In this document: piece after piece, positions 30,426 through 41,350 of the stretch
Layout: every line of letters starts with the position of its first letter
How positions within the stretch are numbered: the first letter of the stretch is position 1
Assembly (NCBI GenBank): GCA_947478395.1
Contig: CANJVR010000005.1
Span: 123,603 to 187,602 of the forward strand
Reading direction: 5' to 3'
DNA length: 64,000 nucleotides
Origin: Opitutia bacterium
GTDB lineage: Bacteria > Verrucomicrobiota > Verrucomicrobiia > Opitutales > Opitutaceae
Translations under genes and position numbers: made by a program
The notes under the pieces: model-generated
Told to the model about the DNA's origin: nothing
Databases searched by the model: none
Seen by the model: only the letters and a program-made list of their open reading frames with translations

Positions 30426-32480
30426 GTGACGATGAAGCGACCGAAACGTTCTGCCTCGACCCCCGAGATCACCGCGGTCGCACCGGAGCCGGGGCGCTGG
30501 CCGATGGTTGCGATCTTTGCGCTGGTCCTGGCGGTGAGCCTCGCCGCTTATTACCCCGCGCTGGCCGGCGATTTTTTGTGGGACGATTCAGGCCACGTCA
30601 CCAACCCGGCGCTGCAGTCATGGTCCGGCCTCTGGCGCATCTGGTTCGAAGTCGGCGTCACCCAGCAATACTATCCGCTCCTGCATACGGCATTCTGGAT
30701 CGAGCATCGGCTTTGGGGCGACGCACCCGTCGGCTATCACGTCGTCAACCTCCTGCAGCATGCCGCCGCCGCGACTTTGTTCGGCGTGCTACTCCGTCGG
30801 CTCTTTGACGGCAACGCGAGCGCTTCGACCGGGCTCAGGGCATCCGATTCAGATGCGGTGGCCGCCGGTCTTCAGCGCAGGCGCTACCCCAGAGCCGAGT
30901 GGTTCGCGGCCGGGCTGTTTCTCCTGCATCCGGTCTGCGTCGAATCGGTGGCGTGGATCTGCGAGCAGAAGAACACGCTTTCCCTCGTGCTTTATCTTGG
31001 CGCCGCCCTCGCCTACCTGCGTTTCGATGCCGGGCGTTCGCCACGCGCTTATGCCGTCGCCACGCTCCTCTTTGTCGGGGCGCTGCTGACCAAAACCGTC
31101 ACGGCCTCGTTGCCCGCCGCCTTGCTGGTCGTTTTTTGGTGGCAGCGCGGGCGCTTGGGCTGGCGCCGTGAGGTTAAGCCACTGCTTCCTTGGTTCGCCC
31201 TCGGTGCCGGCGGCGGCCTGTTCACCGCCCACTTCGAGCGCGTGCTCATCGGCGCGCAGGGCACCGATTTCACCTTAGGCGCGCTGGAACGCCCGCTCCT
31301 CGCCGGCCGCGTCTTCTGGTTCTACCTCGGCAAGCTGGCCTGGCCCGCCGACCTGAGTTTCGTGTATCCGCGGTGGCATGTTGACGCCGCCGTTGGGTGG
31401 CAGTGGCTTTTTCTGGCCGCCGCACTCGGCCTCCTAGCCGGGCTGGCTTGGTGGAGCCGGCGCACACGGGGTCCGCTCGCCGCGGCGCTCGTATTTGGCG
31501 GTTCGCTTTTTCCGGTGCTGGGCTTCGTCAACGTCTACCCGTTCGTGTTTTCCTACGTCGCCGATCACTTCCAATATCTCGCCAGCCTGACGGTCTTCGC
31601 TCTCGCCGGCGTCGGCCTCAGCTTTTTGCCCCGCTCGGCTGGAACGATTACGGCCACACTGCTCGCCGCGCTGTGCGGCATCCTCACGTGGAACCAAGCC
31701 TCGGACTATCGTGACAACGTCACGCTCTACGAAGCCACGCTGCGGAAGAATCCCGACGCCTGGCTGGCGCATCACAATCTCGCCACGATCCTCGTCGACC
31801 GCGGCCGGCCTGACGTCGCCCTGCCCCACATCGAGCGGACTCTGGCGCTCCGACCGGATTACCCCGAGGCGCTGAACAATCTCGGCAATTGCGTCACGCA
31901 CCTCGGTCGCGCGGCCGAGGCGATCGCGCCGCTCGAACACGCCCTTCGCCTGCGGCCCCGCTATGCCGAAGCGCACAACAACCTCGGCATCGCCCTGATG
32001 GCTTTGGGCCGCAACGACGAAGGGCTCGCCCAGTTCACTGAGGCGTCGAAAATTAATCCCAGCTACGCCGGCGCCCGCTTCAACCTCGGTCTCGCGCTCC
32101 TCTCGTCGGGCCACGCGAGCGAGGCCATCCCGCATTTCGCCGCCGCCGTCCGCCTGCAACCCGACTACGCCGACGCGGAGGTGAACTGGGGCGACGCGCT
32201 GCTGCTCAGCGACCGACTGACGGAAGCGATGCCGCACTATGAAGCTGCGCTCAAGCTCCAGCCTGAATCGTACGTCGCGCATTTCAGCTTTGGCCGCGCC
32301 CTCCTGCGCGCCGGGCGCTACGACGATGCAATCTCTCACTTCGAGCAGGCGCTGCAGCTCAATCCCGCTCTGGCCGAAGCCCACCAGCAGCTCGCCGTCG
32401 CACTGGGCCAATCCGGTCGTTCCGCCGAGGCCAACGCTCACCTCCTCGAAGCGCGCCGGCTGCGTCCGGGTGCATTCTGA
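30426..32480 (+). CDS. TMTC-like membrane protein (GT-C fold N-terminal domain plus TPR repeats)
   Basis: GDFLWDD, YYPL, GYHVVN, LHPVCVESVAWI.E.K, ADHFQYL, then about 7 TPRs. Confidence 0.8.
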   Translation: MTMKRPKRSASTPEITAVAPEPGRWPMVAIFALVLAVSLAAYYPALAGDFLWDDSGHVTNPALQSWSGLWRIWFEVGVTQQYYPLLHTAFWIEHRLWGDAPVGYHVVNLLQHAAAATLFGVLLRRLFDGNASASTGLRASDSDAVAAGLQRRRYPRAEWFAAGLFLLHPVCVESVAWICEQKNTLSLVLYLGAALAYLRFDAGRSPRAYAVATLLFVGALLTKTVTASLPAALLVVFWWQRGRLGWRREVKPLLPWFALGAGGGLFTAHFERVLIGAQGTDFTLGALERPLLAGRVFWFYLGKLAWPADLSFVYPRWHVDAAVGWQWLFLAAALGLLAGLAWWSRRTRGPLAAALVFGGSLFPVLGFVNVYPFVFSYVADHFQYLASLTVFALAGVGLSFLPRSAGTITATLLAALCGILTWNQASDYRDNVTLYEATLRKNPDAWLAHHNLATILVDRGRPDVALPHIERTLALRPDYPEALNNLGNCVTHLGRAAEAIAPLEHALRLRPRYAEAHNNLGIALMALGRNDEGLAQFTEASKINPSYAGARFNLGLALLSSGHASEAIPHFAAAVRLQPDYADAEVNWGDALLLSDRLTEAMPHYEAALKLQPESYVAHFSFGRALLRAGRYDDAISHFEQALQLNPALAEAHQQLAVALGQSGRSAEANAHLLEARRLRPGAF

Positions 32481-32493
32481 TCCATTTTTCCGC

Positions 32494-32634
32494 CTTAGCG
32501 GTTTAAGTTTCACGCAGCCGTTTTGTGGAGCGGCAGGCGTCTCTGCCTGCCAGGTTCGGCCTCATCGTTTCGGCAGGCAGGGACGCCTGCCGCTACGCTT
32601 TTAGCTGCGACGCTTTGGGTTAAACCGCCCTAAG
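32494..32634 (-). repeat. Family A element, copy 2 (most intact, with terminal inverted repeats)
   Basis: Ends CTTAGCGGTTTAA and TTAAACCGCCCTAAG; internal inverted AGCGGCAGGCGTCTCTGCCTGCC / GGCAGGCAGGGACGCCTGCCGCT. Confidence 0.88.
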
Positions 32635-32928
32635 CCGCGCACGATTTCGCCGATGGGTAAAAATTAAAAGGCACCCGCGGCGCGGAGCCCGACATCGCGA
32701 GCGAAAGGGCGAAACTGACGCCGAGTTCTTGAGGTACGAAAGCCCACCGATCCATTCGGAGGTTTGGTCACAAAGAGGTGCGAAAGAATCCTTCGGCTCC
32801 GGCCGAACGCAAAGGCGCCAGTCGGCGCACAGGTGGTGGAGACTAAGACAGCGACGAAATTTTGCGCCCTTTTTGAGGCCAACTTCCGAAACGTCGCGCC
32901 CTCCTATCGCCGTCCGCGTAACGCCGCC

Positions 32929-34539
32929 TCAAATCGTTGCGCGTTCCGCCGCCGCCCGCCGGGCATCCGCGACTCCCGCTGAATTCGTGACCGAAAAATC
33001 CCGCACGTCCCGCAGCACAAACATCGGCGCAGCGCCGGTCCGTTGCGCCTCAAAGCCGTCGAATGAAACGTCCTCGACGTCGTCGAGCCGGACCGGCGGC
33101 CGTTGCTCGGGCCGGGCGAAACTCACGCGAAAGTTTTTGATCCGCAGGCCACGCGCGTGACGGGCAAAAAAACCGTACGACGGCAGTACCCCAAACATGC
33201 TCGGCTCCGGATACGCGCGCTCGTTTTCCGGCGGCTCGATCGCCGCATCGGCCGCCGTGCCGCCGCCGCGATACTCGATCTGAATATTACTCAGCGTCAC
33301 GTCCTCAACGGCATGGCCCGGCAGGCCCACCACTTGCGACGCATAACGGGCATCGGCATCCGTCACGGTGATATCGCTGATGGTCACGCGGCGCACGCGG
33401 CCGATGGCGGGATCGTTCGGGCCGCGGCCTCGATTCCCCAGCCGCACAAAAATCGGCGCTGTCACGATCTCACGCATGGTGAGGTGAGTTGCGCTTACGT
33501 CCTCGATCACGCCACCATCCACCATCTCGATCGCCAGTCCACGACTGCGCACAAACTCGCATTTGGTAATCGTGATATTGCGGAAACTGCCATTCGTCTC
33601 CGTGCCGATCTTGATGCGGCCGGTCACGCCATCGAGATCGGGCGCGAGTTCCTGCGTGCGCTGAAAAGTACCGTCGAGCATCGTGCCGATGTCGAAGCCC
33701 GACACGGTGCAATCGGTGACGACGACATTTTCCGTCGAGCGCACTGCGCCCAACGCGTACGAGCTCTTCAACACGATGGCGTCATCGTTCGGCGCGTTGA
33801 CCCGGCAATGGGAAATATGAACGTTACGACAGCTATCGCAGTCGAAGCCGTCGCGATTGGTGTCCACGTCGACGTTCTCAATCGTCAAGCCATCGACGCC
33901 CGTGGCGAGCAGCGCAAAGTGTCCGCCAAGCAGCACGGAAAAATCGCGGAGGACAACGCCCCGGCAATTTTTCAGGCCGATCGCCTTGTTGCCCTTTCCA
34001 GCCATGAAGTCCGTGTCGGTCCCCGGCTCGCCGTCTGACTGCAGCTGTTTGACGTTGGTGATCCCACGCATGCTCACCGGCATGTCGCCGTCGAGCTTCG
34101 CCCGGCGCGGACCCGGGCCCGACCGCGTGAGACCGGCGCCATGAATACGCCCGGGCCCGACGATCGCGATGTCCTCCAGATCCTCGCCCCAAATGAGGCT
34201 GTTGCGCCAATGACTGTGGCCAAAATCCTGAAAGGCATCCCACGGGTTGGGTTCCGCCGCGTCGTAAGCGCCGAAACCTGCCGCCGGTTCCGCGGCGAGC
34301 AACGTGGCGCCCAATGCCAGCTGCAACGTCACGTGACTCCGGAGGCGAATCGAGAAACTCAAAAACGTCCCCGCTGGAAAAACGACGGTGCCGCCACCTG
34401 CCGCGTGGGCCGCTTCGATCGCGCGGTTGATCGCCGCCGTATCGAGGCTCACGCCGTCGCCTCGCGCGCCGTAGTCATGCACGTCGAACCCGCGGAGCGC
34501 GACGCTGCGAAGTGGGCCGACGGGGGCGGCCGGATTCAT
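32929..34539 (-). CDS. Glycoside hydrolase family 28 protein (pectin-degrading beta-helix)
   Basis: FDVHDYGARGDG..LDTAAINRAI, NRDGFD.D, PNDDAIVLKS, GRIKIGTETNG. Start uncertain (ATG 34539 used). Confidence 0.85.
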   Translation of the reverse strand: MNPAAPVGPLRSVALRGFDVHDYGARGDGVSLDTAAINRAIEAAHAAGGGTVVFPAGTFLSFSIRLRSHVTLQLALGATLLAAEPAAGFGAYDAAEPNPWDAFQDFGHSHWRNSLIWGEDLEDIAIVGPGRIHGAGLTRSGPGPRRAKLDGDMPVSMRGITNVKQLQSDGEPGTDTDFMAGKGNKAIGLKNCRGVVLRDFSVLLGGHFALLATGVDGLTIENVDVDTNRDGFDCDSCRNVHISHCRVNAPNDDAIVLKSSYALGAVRSTENVVVTDCTVSGFDIGTMLDGTFQRTQELAPDLDGVTGRIKIGTETNGSFRNITITKCEFVRSRGLAIEMVDGGVIEDVSATHLTMREIVTAPIFVRLGNRGRGPNDPAIGRVRRVTISDITVTDADARYASQVVGLPGHAVEDVTLSNIQIEYRGGGTAADAAIEPPENERAYPEPSMFGVLPSYGFFARHARGLRIKNFRVSFARPEQRPPVRLDDVEDVSFDGFEAQRTGAAPMFVLRDVRDFSVTNSAGVADARRAAAERATI

Positions 34540-34777
34540 AGCGCGGACGGCATGCGACGCAGCACGCTGGGGAGAAGCGATGGAGGGTTCAAGGGACAGT
34601 CGGTCAGACAACCGATTCGGCCGGCCCAAGTTAACCCGCCGAACCGTCAGACGGTCAGATACTGCAAGAGAATCCTGATTTAATTTACGCCTCAAACCAC
34701 GTTCGCGATTCCAAATCGAAAGATGGGTCGGCGGTGCATGATTCCCGGTCGCCAGCGGCAGCTCGAGTGCTGAACTC

Positions 34778-35010
34778 ATACCGAAGCCCCCTTCCGATCG
34801 TTGCCCATGAGCCCGCAAGCCCCAGGATATCGCCGATCACGACACGGAATAAAGCGTGCCGCTGGATGACCCGCAGACGCGATTAGAATGGCTGATTCTC
34901 GAGGGCGCGCAGGCGGGCCTGAGCTGGTCCATCGTGCTGACGAAGGGCAAAAATTATCGCCGGGCCTTTGGCGGTTTTAACCCAGAAAAATCGCGCGGTA
35001 CGACACGGGG
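34778..35010 (+). pseudogene. tag: DNA-3-methyladenine glycosylase I remnant
   Basis: (ATA)PKPPSDRCP*ARKPQDIADHDTE*SVPLDD...LILEGAQAGLSWSIVL.K..NYRRAFGGFNPEK, then a frameshift to IARYD. Two conserved Trp positions are stops, and the gene is truncated. Confidence 0.85.
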
Positions 35011-35270
35011 ACGTTTACGTGCTGCAAAACTGCGTGAAACTTTGCGATCTCGACGATGTACTCACGGAGCTCAGCCGACCCTACGTGCGGGCGAACTAAA
35101 CCGCCGCAAAGCGAAGGCGGCGCAAAGCCCTTCACGAACGAACGCTAGACCGGAGGATCGCGAAACCGGGGAAACCTTGAAAACGGGGAAACGCCAGTCG
35201 AGATTTTCGCTCTAACGAATCCTTCGTTTCAACGATTCACCCGAATCACCATTTCAAGATTTTCCGCACG

Positions 35271-35843
35271 ATGGCCAAAGTTTATTTCTATTACTCCGCG
35301 ATGAACGCCGGGAAAAGCACCGTGCTGCTGCAGGCGAGCTACAACTATCAGGAACGCGGTATGCGCACGCTGGTCTTCGCCCCGGCGATCGACACCCGCG
35401 CCGGCCTCGGGCGCGTCCGCTCGCGCATCGGCCTCGAAGCCCCGGCGGAAGTGCTGACCGCGACCGACAATCTCCTCAATCGCGTGAGCCACGAACACGC
35501 CTCCACCCCGGTGGCCTGCGTGTTGGTGGACGAGGCGCAGTTTCTCACGCGAGCCCAGGTCGAGCAACTCACGGTCGTGGCCGACTCGCTGGACATTCCC
35601 GTGCTGTGCTACGGCCTCCGCACCGATTTCAAGGCGCAGCTTTTTCCCGGCAGTGCGGCGTTGCTCGCGCTGGCGGACGATCTCACCGAGTTAAAGACCA
35701 TCTGCCACTGCGGTCGCAAAGCCACGATGAACCTGCGCGTCGATGCCGGCGGCCGCGCGCTCCGCGAAGGCGCCCAGATCGAAATCGGCGGCAACGAACG
35801 CTACCTCGCGGTCTGCCGCCGTCACTTCAACACCGCGGAGTAG
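35271..35843 (+). CDS. tdk: Thymidine kinase
   Basis: [39 protein letters not shown]. Confidence 0.96.
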   Translation: MAKVYFYYSAMNAGKSTVLLQASYNYQERGMRTLVFAPAIDTRAGLGRVRSRIGLEAPAEVLTATDNLLNRVSHEHASTPVACVLVDEAQFLTRAQVEQLTVVADSLDIPVLCYGLRTDFKAQLFPGSAALLALADDLTELKTICHCGRKATMNLRVDAGGRALREGAQIEIGGNERYLAVCRRHFNTAE

Positions 35844-35952
35844 CGCGCGGCCTCAGCCCGCGTCGTAAATTTCGGAACAAGGGCTGAAACCGCGCGCTAA
35901 TCGGAAAGTTTAGCGATTCCCCTCCGGCTTTTTTCCCATTTAGTCCCCTCCC

Positions 35953-37050
35953 ATGTCCAACGCTTCGTCCCACGATTTTTTTATCGGCACCTACACCAAG
36001 GATGGCAGTCGCGGCATCTACGCGACGCGCTTGGACGCCCGGTCCGGCGCGCTCAGCTCGCCCTCGCTCGCCGCCGAAACCGCCAACCCGAACTTTCTCG
36101 CGTCATCGCCCCGCGGAGAATTTCTCTACGCATTGCAGGAAGTGTGCACCCCCGAGGGAAAGCCCGGCGGTGGCGTGAGCGCCTTCGCCATCGATCCCAC
36201 CACGCGCGCACTCGCGCCACTCAACTCCGTGGCCACCGGCGGCGCGTCGGTCAGTCATCTCGCGCTCGACGCCACCCAACGCGTCCTCATCGCCGTCAGC
36301 TACGGCGGCGGGTACATCGTGTCGTTTGCCCTGCTGGCCGACGGACGCATCGGCGCACCTTCACGACTCATCGCCCAACAGGGCCAGCTCGGCCCCAATC
36401 CGACGCGCCAGGACAAACCCCATCCGCACTCCGTCACGTTGTCGCCTGATCAACGTTTCGCACTCGTGGCGGATCTCGGGCTCGACGCGGTTTTCAGTTA
36501 TCGCGTCGATGCAGCCGCCGCGACGCTCACGCCAAACGATCCGCCCTTCGCACGCTGCACGCCCGGCTGCGGCCCCCGGCATGGTGCGTTTTCCCGCGAC
36601 GGCCGTTTCTTTTACGTGCTCGGGGAGATCGACGGTTCGGTCACCGCGTGCACCTACGATACGGCGAGCGGCGAGGTGAAACCGTTCCAGCATATCACGA
36701 CTCTCCCACCCGGCTTTAAAGTCGCTGACTCAGATCGCGCGGCCGAAGTCCGCGTGCATCCCAATGGTCGTTTTCTTTACGCCTCGAATCGCGGTCACGA
36801 CAGCATCGCCGTTTTCGCGGTCGACGCCGCCACGGGCGCGTTGACCACGGTCGAGCTCACGCCCTGCGGCGGCAAAGCTCCGCGCAATTTCGCGCTGACT
36901 GCCGACGGCGCGTGGCTCGTCTGCGCGCACCAGGACTCCGGCACGTTGTGCTCGTTCTCGGTCAATCCGGCGACAGGCAAGCTGATCCGCGTTCCCGGTG
37001 TTGTTCACGTACCTCAGGCGGTGTGCGTCCTTGGGCTGAGATCGATGTAG
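35953..37050 (+). CDS. Lactonase family protein (6-phosphogluconolactonase-like beta-propeller)
   Basis: FIGTYT, RQDKPHPHS, ADLGLD, GPRHGAF, YASNRGHDSI, PRNFAL. Confidence 0.88.
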   Translation: MSNASSHDFFIGTYTKDGSRGIYATRLDARSGALSSPSLAAETANPNFLASSPRGEFLYALQEVCTPEGKPGGGVSAFAIDPTTRALAPLNSVATGGASVSHLALDATQRVLIAVSYGGGYIVSFALLADGRIGAPSRLIAQQGQLGPNPTRQDKPHPHSVTLSPDQRFALVADLGLDAVFSYRVDAAAATLTPNDPPFARCTPGCGPRHGAFSRDGRFFYVLGEIDGSVTACTYDTASGEVKPFQHITTLPPGFKVADSDRAAEVRVHPNGRFLYASNRGHDSIAVFAVDAATGALTTVELTPCGGKAPRNFALTADGAWLVCAHQDSGTLCSFSVNPATGKLIRVPGVVHVPQAVCVLGLRSM

Positions 37051-37159
37051 GGCGCGCCCGCGCGAATTTTCGCGCGCCGATGCGTCGCCTGTTCGATCGC
37101 CGCAAAAAGCAGCTCGTTGGAGCACGGCTTCCGAAACGTCGCGCGCCGAACGCGCGCGC

Positions 37160-37273
37160 CGGTCGGCCATCGGCGGCGGTTCCAACGACATAGCCGCGTC
37201 TCTCAAGCACGAGCCGGATCAAGATCCGCAGGCTTTTCCCGTCATCCACCACTAGAATTGAACCAGCCTCCAT
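37160..37273 (-). pseudogene. Response-regulator receiver-domain fragment
   Basis: ILVVDDGKSLRILIRLVLERRGYVVGTAADG matches a REC N-terminus; similarity is lost before the phospho-Asp. Confidence 0.55.
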
Positions 37274-37424
37274 GATTTCATCCTCCTGCTTGAACCATGC
37301 CCGGGAAGGAGCAGCGGAGCGATCGGGCCCGATTCAATGTTCCTTCACCGAACGCGAACGGTCTCATGCGAGAATTTGATTCTCGGCGTGGCGGCGGGGA
37401 TGCGTTTGGGTGACGTTCCTCCTG

Positions 37425-38711
<1,287 letters not shown>

Positions 38712-38772
38712 TTCCGGGTTCCAGGGGTGGAGCTCCGAGTTCGGAATTCAGGGTTCCCAGTTTGGAGTTGAG
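38712..38772 (+). repeat. Degenerate heptamer tandem repeat array
   Basis: GTTCCGG GTTCCAG GGGTGGA GCTCCGA GTTCGGA ATTCAGG GTTCCCA GTTTGGA; an inverted partial array lies at about 38860-38890. Confidence 0.6.
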
Positions 38773-38906
38773 TGAGCGACCGCGTTGAAACGGGCGGACC
38801 TCACGACCGAATCTTGAACACGGCGGCCCACGTCGAAAATCAACGCGCTATTCCTCAACGCGGCACCCGGAACCCAAAGTCGAAACCGCGCCGGCTCCGC
38901 CGACGC

Positions 38907-39206
38907 CTACGCTGCGTCGTAAATTTGCACGCGCGTCCAGTACGTTTTAAACGACGCAACAAACGCGAGATGGATTGGGTCGACCTGATAGGCGTCGTGC
39001 GCCGCTACATCCTTACAAACGACCGTCAGCGCCACCGAGTATGAACTGTCGATGATCGGGCGCGCCCCCGTGGCGGCAGGCGTCCCCACATATAACTTCT
39101 CGACGGCTTTGATCCCCCCCAGCGAATCGACGCCGCGGCGAAATTCCGCGTGCTGCGCGGAAGTCAGATCCGGTTTCAGCCAAAAATAAACAGTATGAAT
39201 AAGCAT
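38907..39206 (-). CDS. Dabb family protein
   Basis: IHTVYFWLK...SYSVALTVV...AHDAYQVDPIHLAFV...QIYD. Confidence 0.88.
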   Translation of the reverse strand: MLIHTVYFWLKPDLTSAQHAEFRRGVDSLGGIKAVEKLYVGTPAATGARPIIDSSYSVALTVVCKDVAAHDAYQVDPIHLAFVASFKTYWTRVQIYDAA

Positions 39207-39320
39207 GGGATTGAAAGCGGGCCACGACTTCCACCGCCGCTCAATCGCAAAAATGCTTCACCGACCTCCGCCGTAGCGCGAGGCATCAGCCCGCGTTCCA
39301 AAATGGCAACGCGGACTAAC

Positions 39321-39590
39321 GTATGACTCCGAAATACGCAGAGGGGATTGAACCGCTAAAAGGATTCGCCAACGGGCGAATCTACAAACACCCCTTCGGC
39401 TAATCGCCTCCGGGTCTCACGACTGGGGCCGGTGATCCCAGCCAATTTTCGCCGCAGCGAAATTGTGCGCGATAAGCGGACGCCAATCCTTCACTGCGCA
39501 GGCGATCAGCCGAAGCCGCCGATCGCAGATCTTCCCCGTTGGGAAAATCTGATCAGCGGTTCCTCTCCGTTTCTGGTTTCATTTCCAAAC
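39321..39590 (+). repeat. Family B element, copy 2 (longest)
   Basis: Two internally inverted units GAACCGCT-N-hairpin-N-CTTCGGCT(A/G)ATCGCCT; homologous to 1001-1218 and 6505-6639. Confidence 0.75.
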
Positions 39591-39596
39591 CGCGGG

Positions 39597-40502
39597 CTAA
39601 AGCACCGCGCTACCCGCCCCATCCAGCTTCGCCAGTTCCTCACCCACGCTGAAGTTCATCTTCACATCGGGATCGGGCGAAGGCACCGCCGAGAGCAAAA
39701 TCCGCGTGTACGGGTGCTGCGGCGCGGCGAAAATCCGCCCGGTCGGCGCAACCTCGACGATCCGACCCTGACGCATCACGGCCACGCGGTCGCAAAAATT
39801 TCGCACCACGTCGAGGTTGTGCGCCACGAAAAGATACGTCAGCCGGAACTCGCGCTGCAGTTCTTTTAGCAGATCGAGCACCTGGGCCTGCACGGATACG
39901 TCGAGCGCCGAGGTCGCCTCGTCGCACACGACCAGCGAGGGCCGCATGATCAAAGCCCGGGCAATCCCAATCCGCTGTCGTTGCCCTCCGGAAAACGCAT
40001 GCGGATAGCGCGCGCGGTGCTCAGGCTTCAATCCCACGCGGCGCAGGATCTCGGTCACACGGTCGTCGAGCTCTGCGCCCTGCGCCAGGCGGTGGATCAC
40101 GAGCGGCTCCGCCACGATATCCCGTACGGTCATGCGGGGATTCAACGACGAAACGGGATCCTGGAAAATCATCTGCACGTGCTGACGTAGCGGCTTTAAG
40201 TCCGCCGAGGGTAAACTCGCGAGGTCCACGGTCCGGCCATCCGGCAGCTGGAAACGCACGCTGCCCGACGTTGGATCGATGGCCCGCAGCGCGCAACGGA
40301 CCACCGTCGTTTTACCCGAGCCGCTTTCGCCGACGAGCCCGAGCGTTTCACCGGGCGCGAGGTCGAAGCTCACGTCGTCCACGGCCTTGACGATCCCGGT
40401 TTGCCGCCGGCCCAACCCGCGGCTCATCACCGGAAAATATTTACACAGCCCGCTCACCCTGAGCAGCGGTTCGACGGAGGTGATCTGAACCGGATCGTTC
40501 AT
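39597..40502 (-). CDS. Oligopeptide/dipeptide ABC transporter ATPase (OppF/DppF-like)
   Basis: GESGSGKT, FSGGQRQRIGIARAL, DEATSALDVSVQAQ, PQHPYT. Confidence 0.92.
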   Translation of the reverse strand: MNDPVQITSVEPLLRVSGLCKYFPVMSRGLGRRQTGIVKAVDDVSFDLAPGETLGLVGESGSGKTTVVRCALRAIDPTSGSVRFQLPDGRTVDLASLPSADLKPLRQHVQMIFQDPVSSLNPRMTVRDIVAEPLVIHRLAQGAELDDRVTEILRRVGLKPEHRARYPHAFSGGQRQRIGIARALIMRPSLVVCDEATSALDVSVQAQVLDLLKELQREFRLTYLFVAHNLDVVRNFCDRVAVMRQGRIVEVAPTGRIFAAPQHPYTRILLSAVPSPDPDVKMNFSVGEELAKLDGAGSAVL

Positions 40503-41350
40503 GCAGGACGCCGGCGGCTGGGCAACGCGTCGAGCAGCGCACGGGTGTGCGGGTGCTGCGGATTTTTGAGGACGGCACGGACGTCACCCCGTTCCACGAT
40601 CTGGCCGCGATGCATCACGGCCACGTCGTCCGCCATCTGTGCGACCACGCCAAAATCGTGTGTGATCAGCAGCACCGAACAACCGATTTCCCGTTGCAGC
40701 GTTTTGATCAGCCCGAGAATTTGAGCCTGCATCGTGACGTCGAGCGCCGTGGTCGGCTCGTCCGCGATCAACAATTCCGGACGGCAGGCGAGCGCCATGG
40801 CGATCACCACCCGCTGTCTCAATCCGCCCGACAATTCATGGGGATACTGTTCATAGCGCAGGGCGCCCGGCATCATCCCAACTTTCTCGAGCATCTCGAT
40901 CGTCAGTTCGCGGGCGACCGCCTTGCCGACCGGCCGATGAAGCAAAATCGCCTCGGCGATCTGACTTCCGATCGTGTGCACGGGCGATAGTGCCGCCATC
41001 GGCTCTTGGAAAATCATGCTCACGAGTCCGCCGCGCACTTCGAACAGCCGGTCGGAATTCTCCCCGAGCCGCGCGATATCGACATCCCCGACGCGCAGCG
41101 AACGCAGTAACATCCGACCTGACACAATCCGGCCCGGCGGCTGGAGCAGCCGAAGAATAGCGTAGGCCGTCACACTTTTGCCCGACCCGCTTTCGCCTAC
41201 GAGCGCCAGGGTCCGGCCGCGGCCAATGGAGAACGTCAGGCCTTGCACCACCGGCACCTCAAGATCTGGCGTGAAAAACGAAACGCGCAAATCCTCGACC
41301 TCTAGCAGGGGCAGGTGCGATTGGCCAGGGGCCGAAGCTGACGCGTTCAT
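40499..41350 (-). CDS. Oligopeptide/dipeptide ABC transporter ATPase (OppD/DppD-like)
   Basis: [29 protein letters not shown]; overlaps both neighbours by 4 nt. Confidence 0.92.
   Translation of the reverse strand: MNASASAPGQSHLPLLEVEDLRVSFFTPDLEVPVVQGLTFSIGRGRTLALVGESGSGKSVTAYAILRLLQPPGRIVSGRMLLRSLRVGDVDIARLGENSDRLFEVRGGLVSMIFQEPMAALSPVHTIGSQIAEAILLHRPVGKAVARELTIEMLEKVGMMPGALRYEQYPHELSGGLRQRVVIAMALACRPELLIADEPTTALDVTMQAQILGLIKTLQREIGCSVLLITHDFGVVAQMADDVAVMHRGQIVERGDVRAVLKNPQHPHTRALLDALPSRRRPA

Noticed and set aside
32883..32899. 17-bp match CTTCCGAAACGTCGCGC, also at 37128-37144
   Set aside because: The flanks do not align; too short to call a repeat family.
34778..34860. Stop-codon recoding (TGA as Trp or Sec) in tag, or readthrough in the RAYT
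   Set aside because: The second tag stop and the RAYT stop are TAA, tag also has a frameshift, and many intact genes here end in TGA.
37047..37079. GTAGGGCGCG...CGCGCCG at the lactonase stop as a third RAYT-cognate REP
   Set aside because: Only the ends match; the interior and length differ, so it cannot be separated from a GC-rich chance hairpin.
39321..39590. Family B repeats as integron attC sites
   Set aside because: No clear RYYYAAC...GTTRRRY boxes, no cassette array and no integrase in the window.
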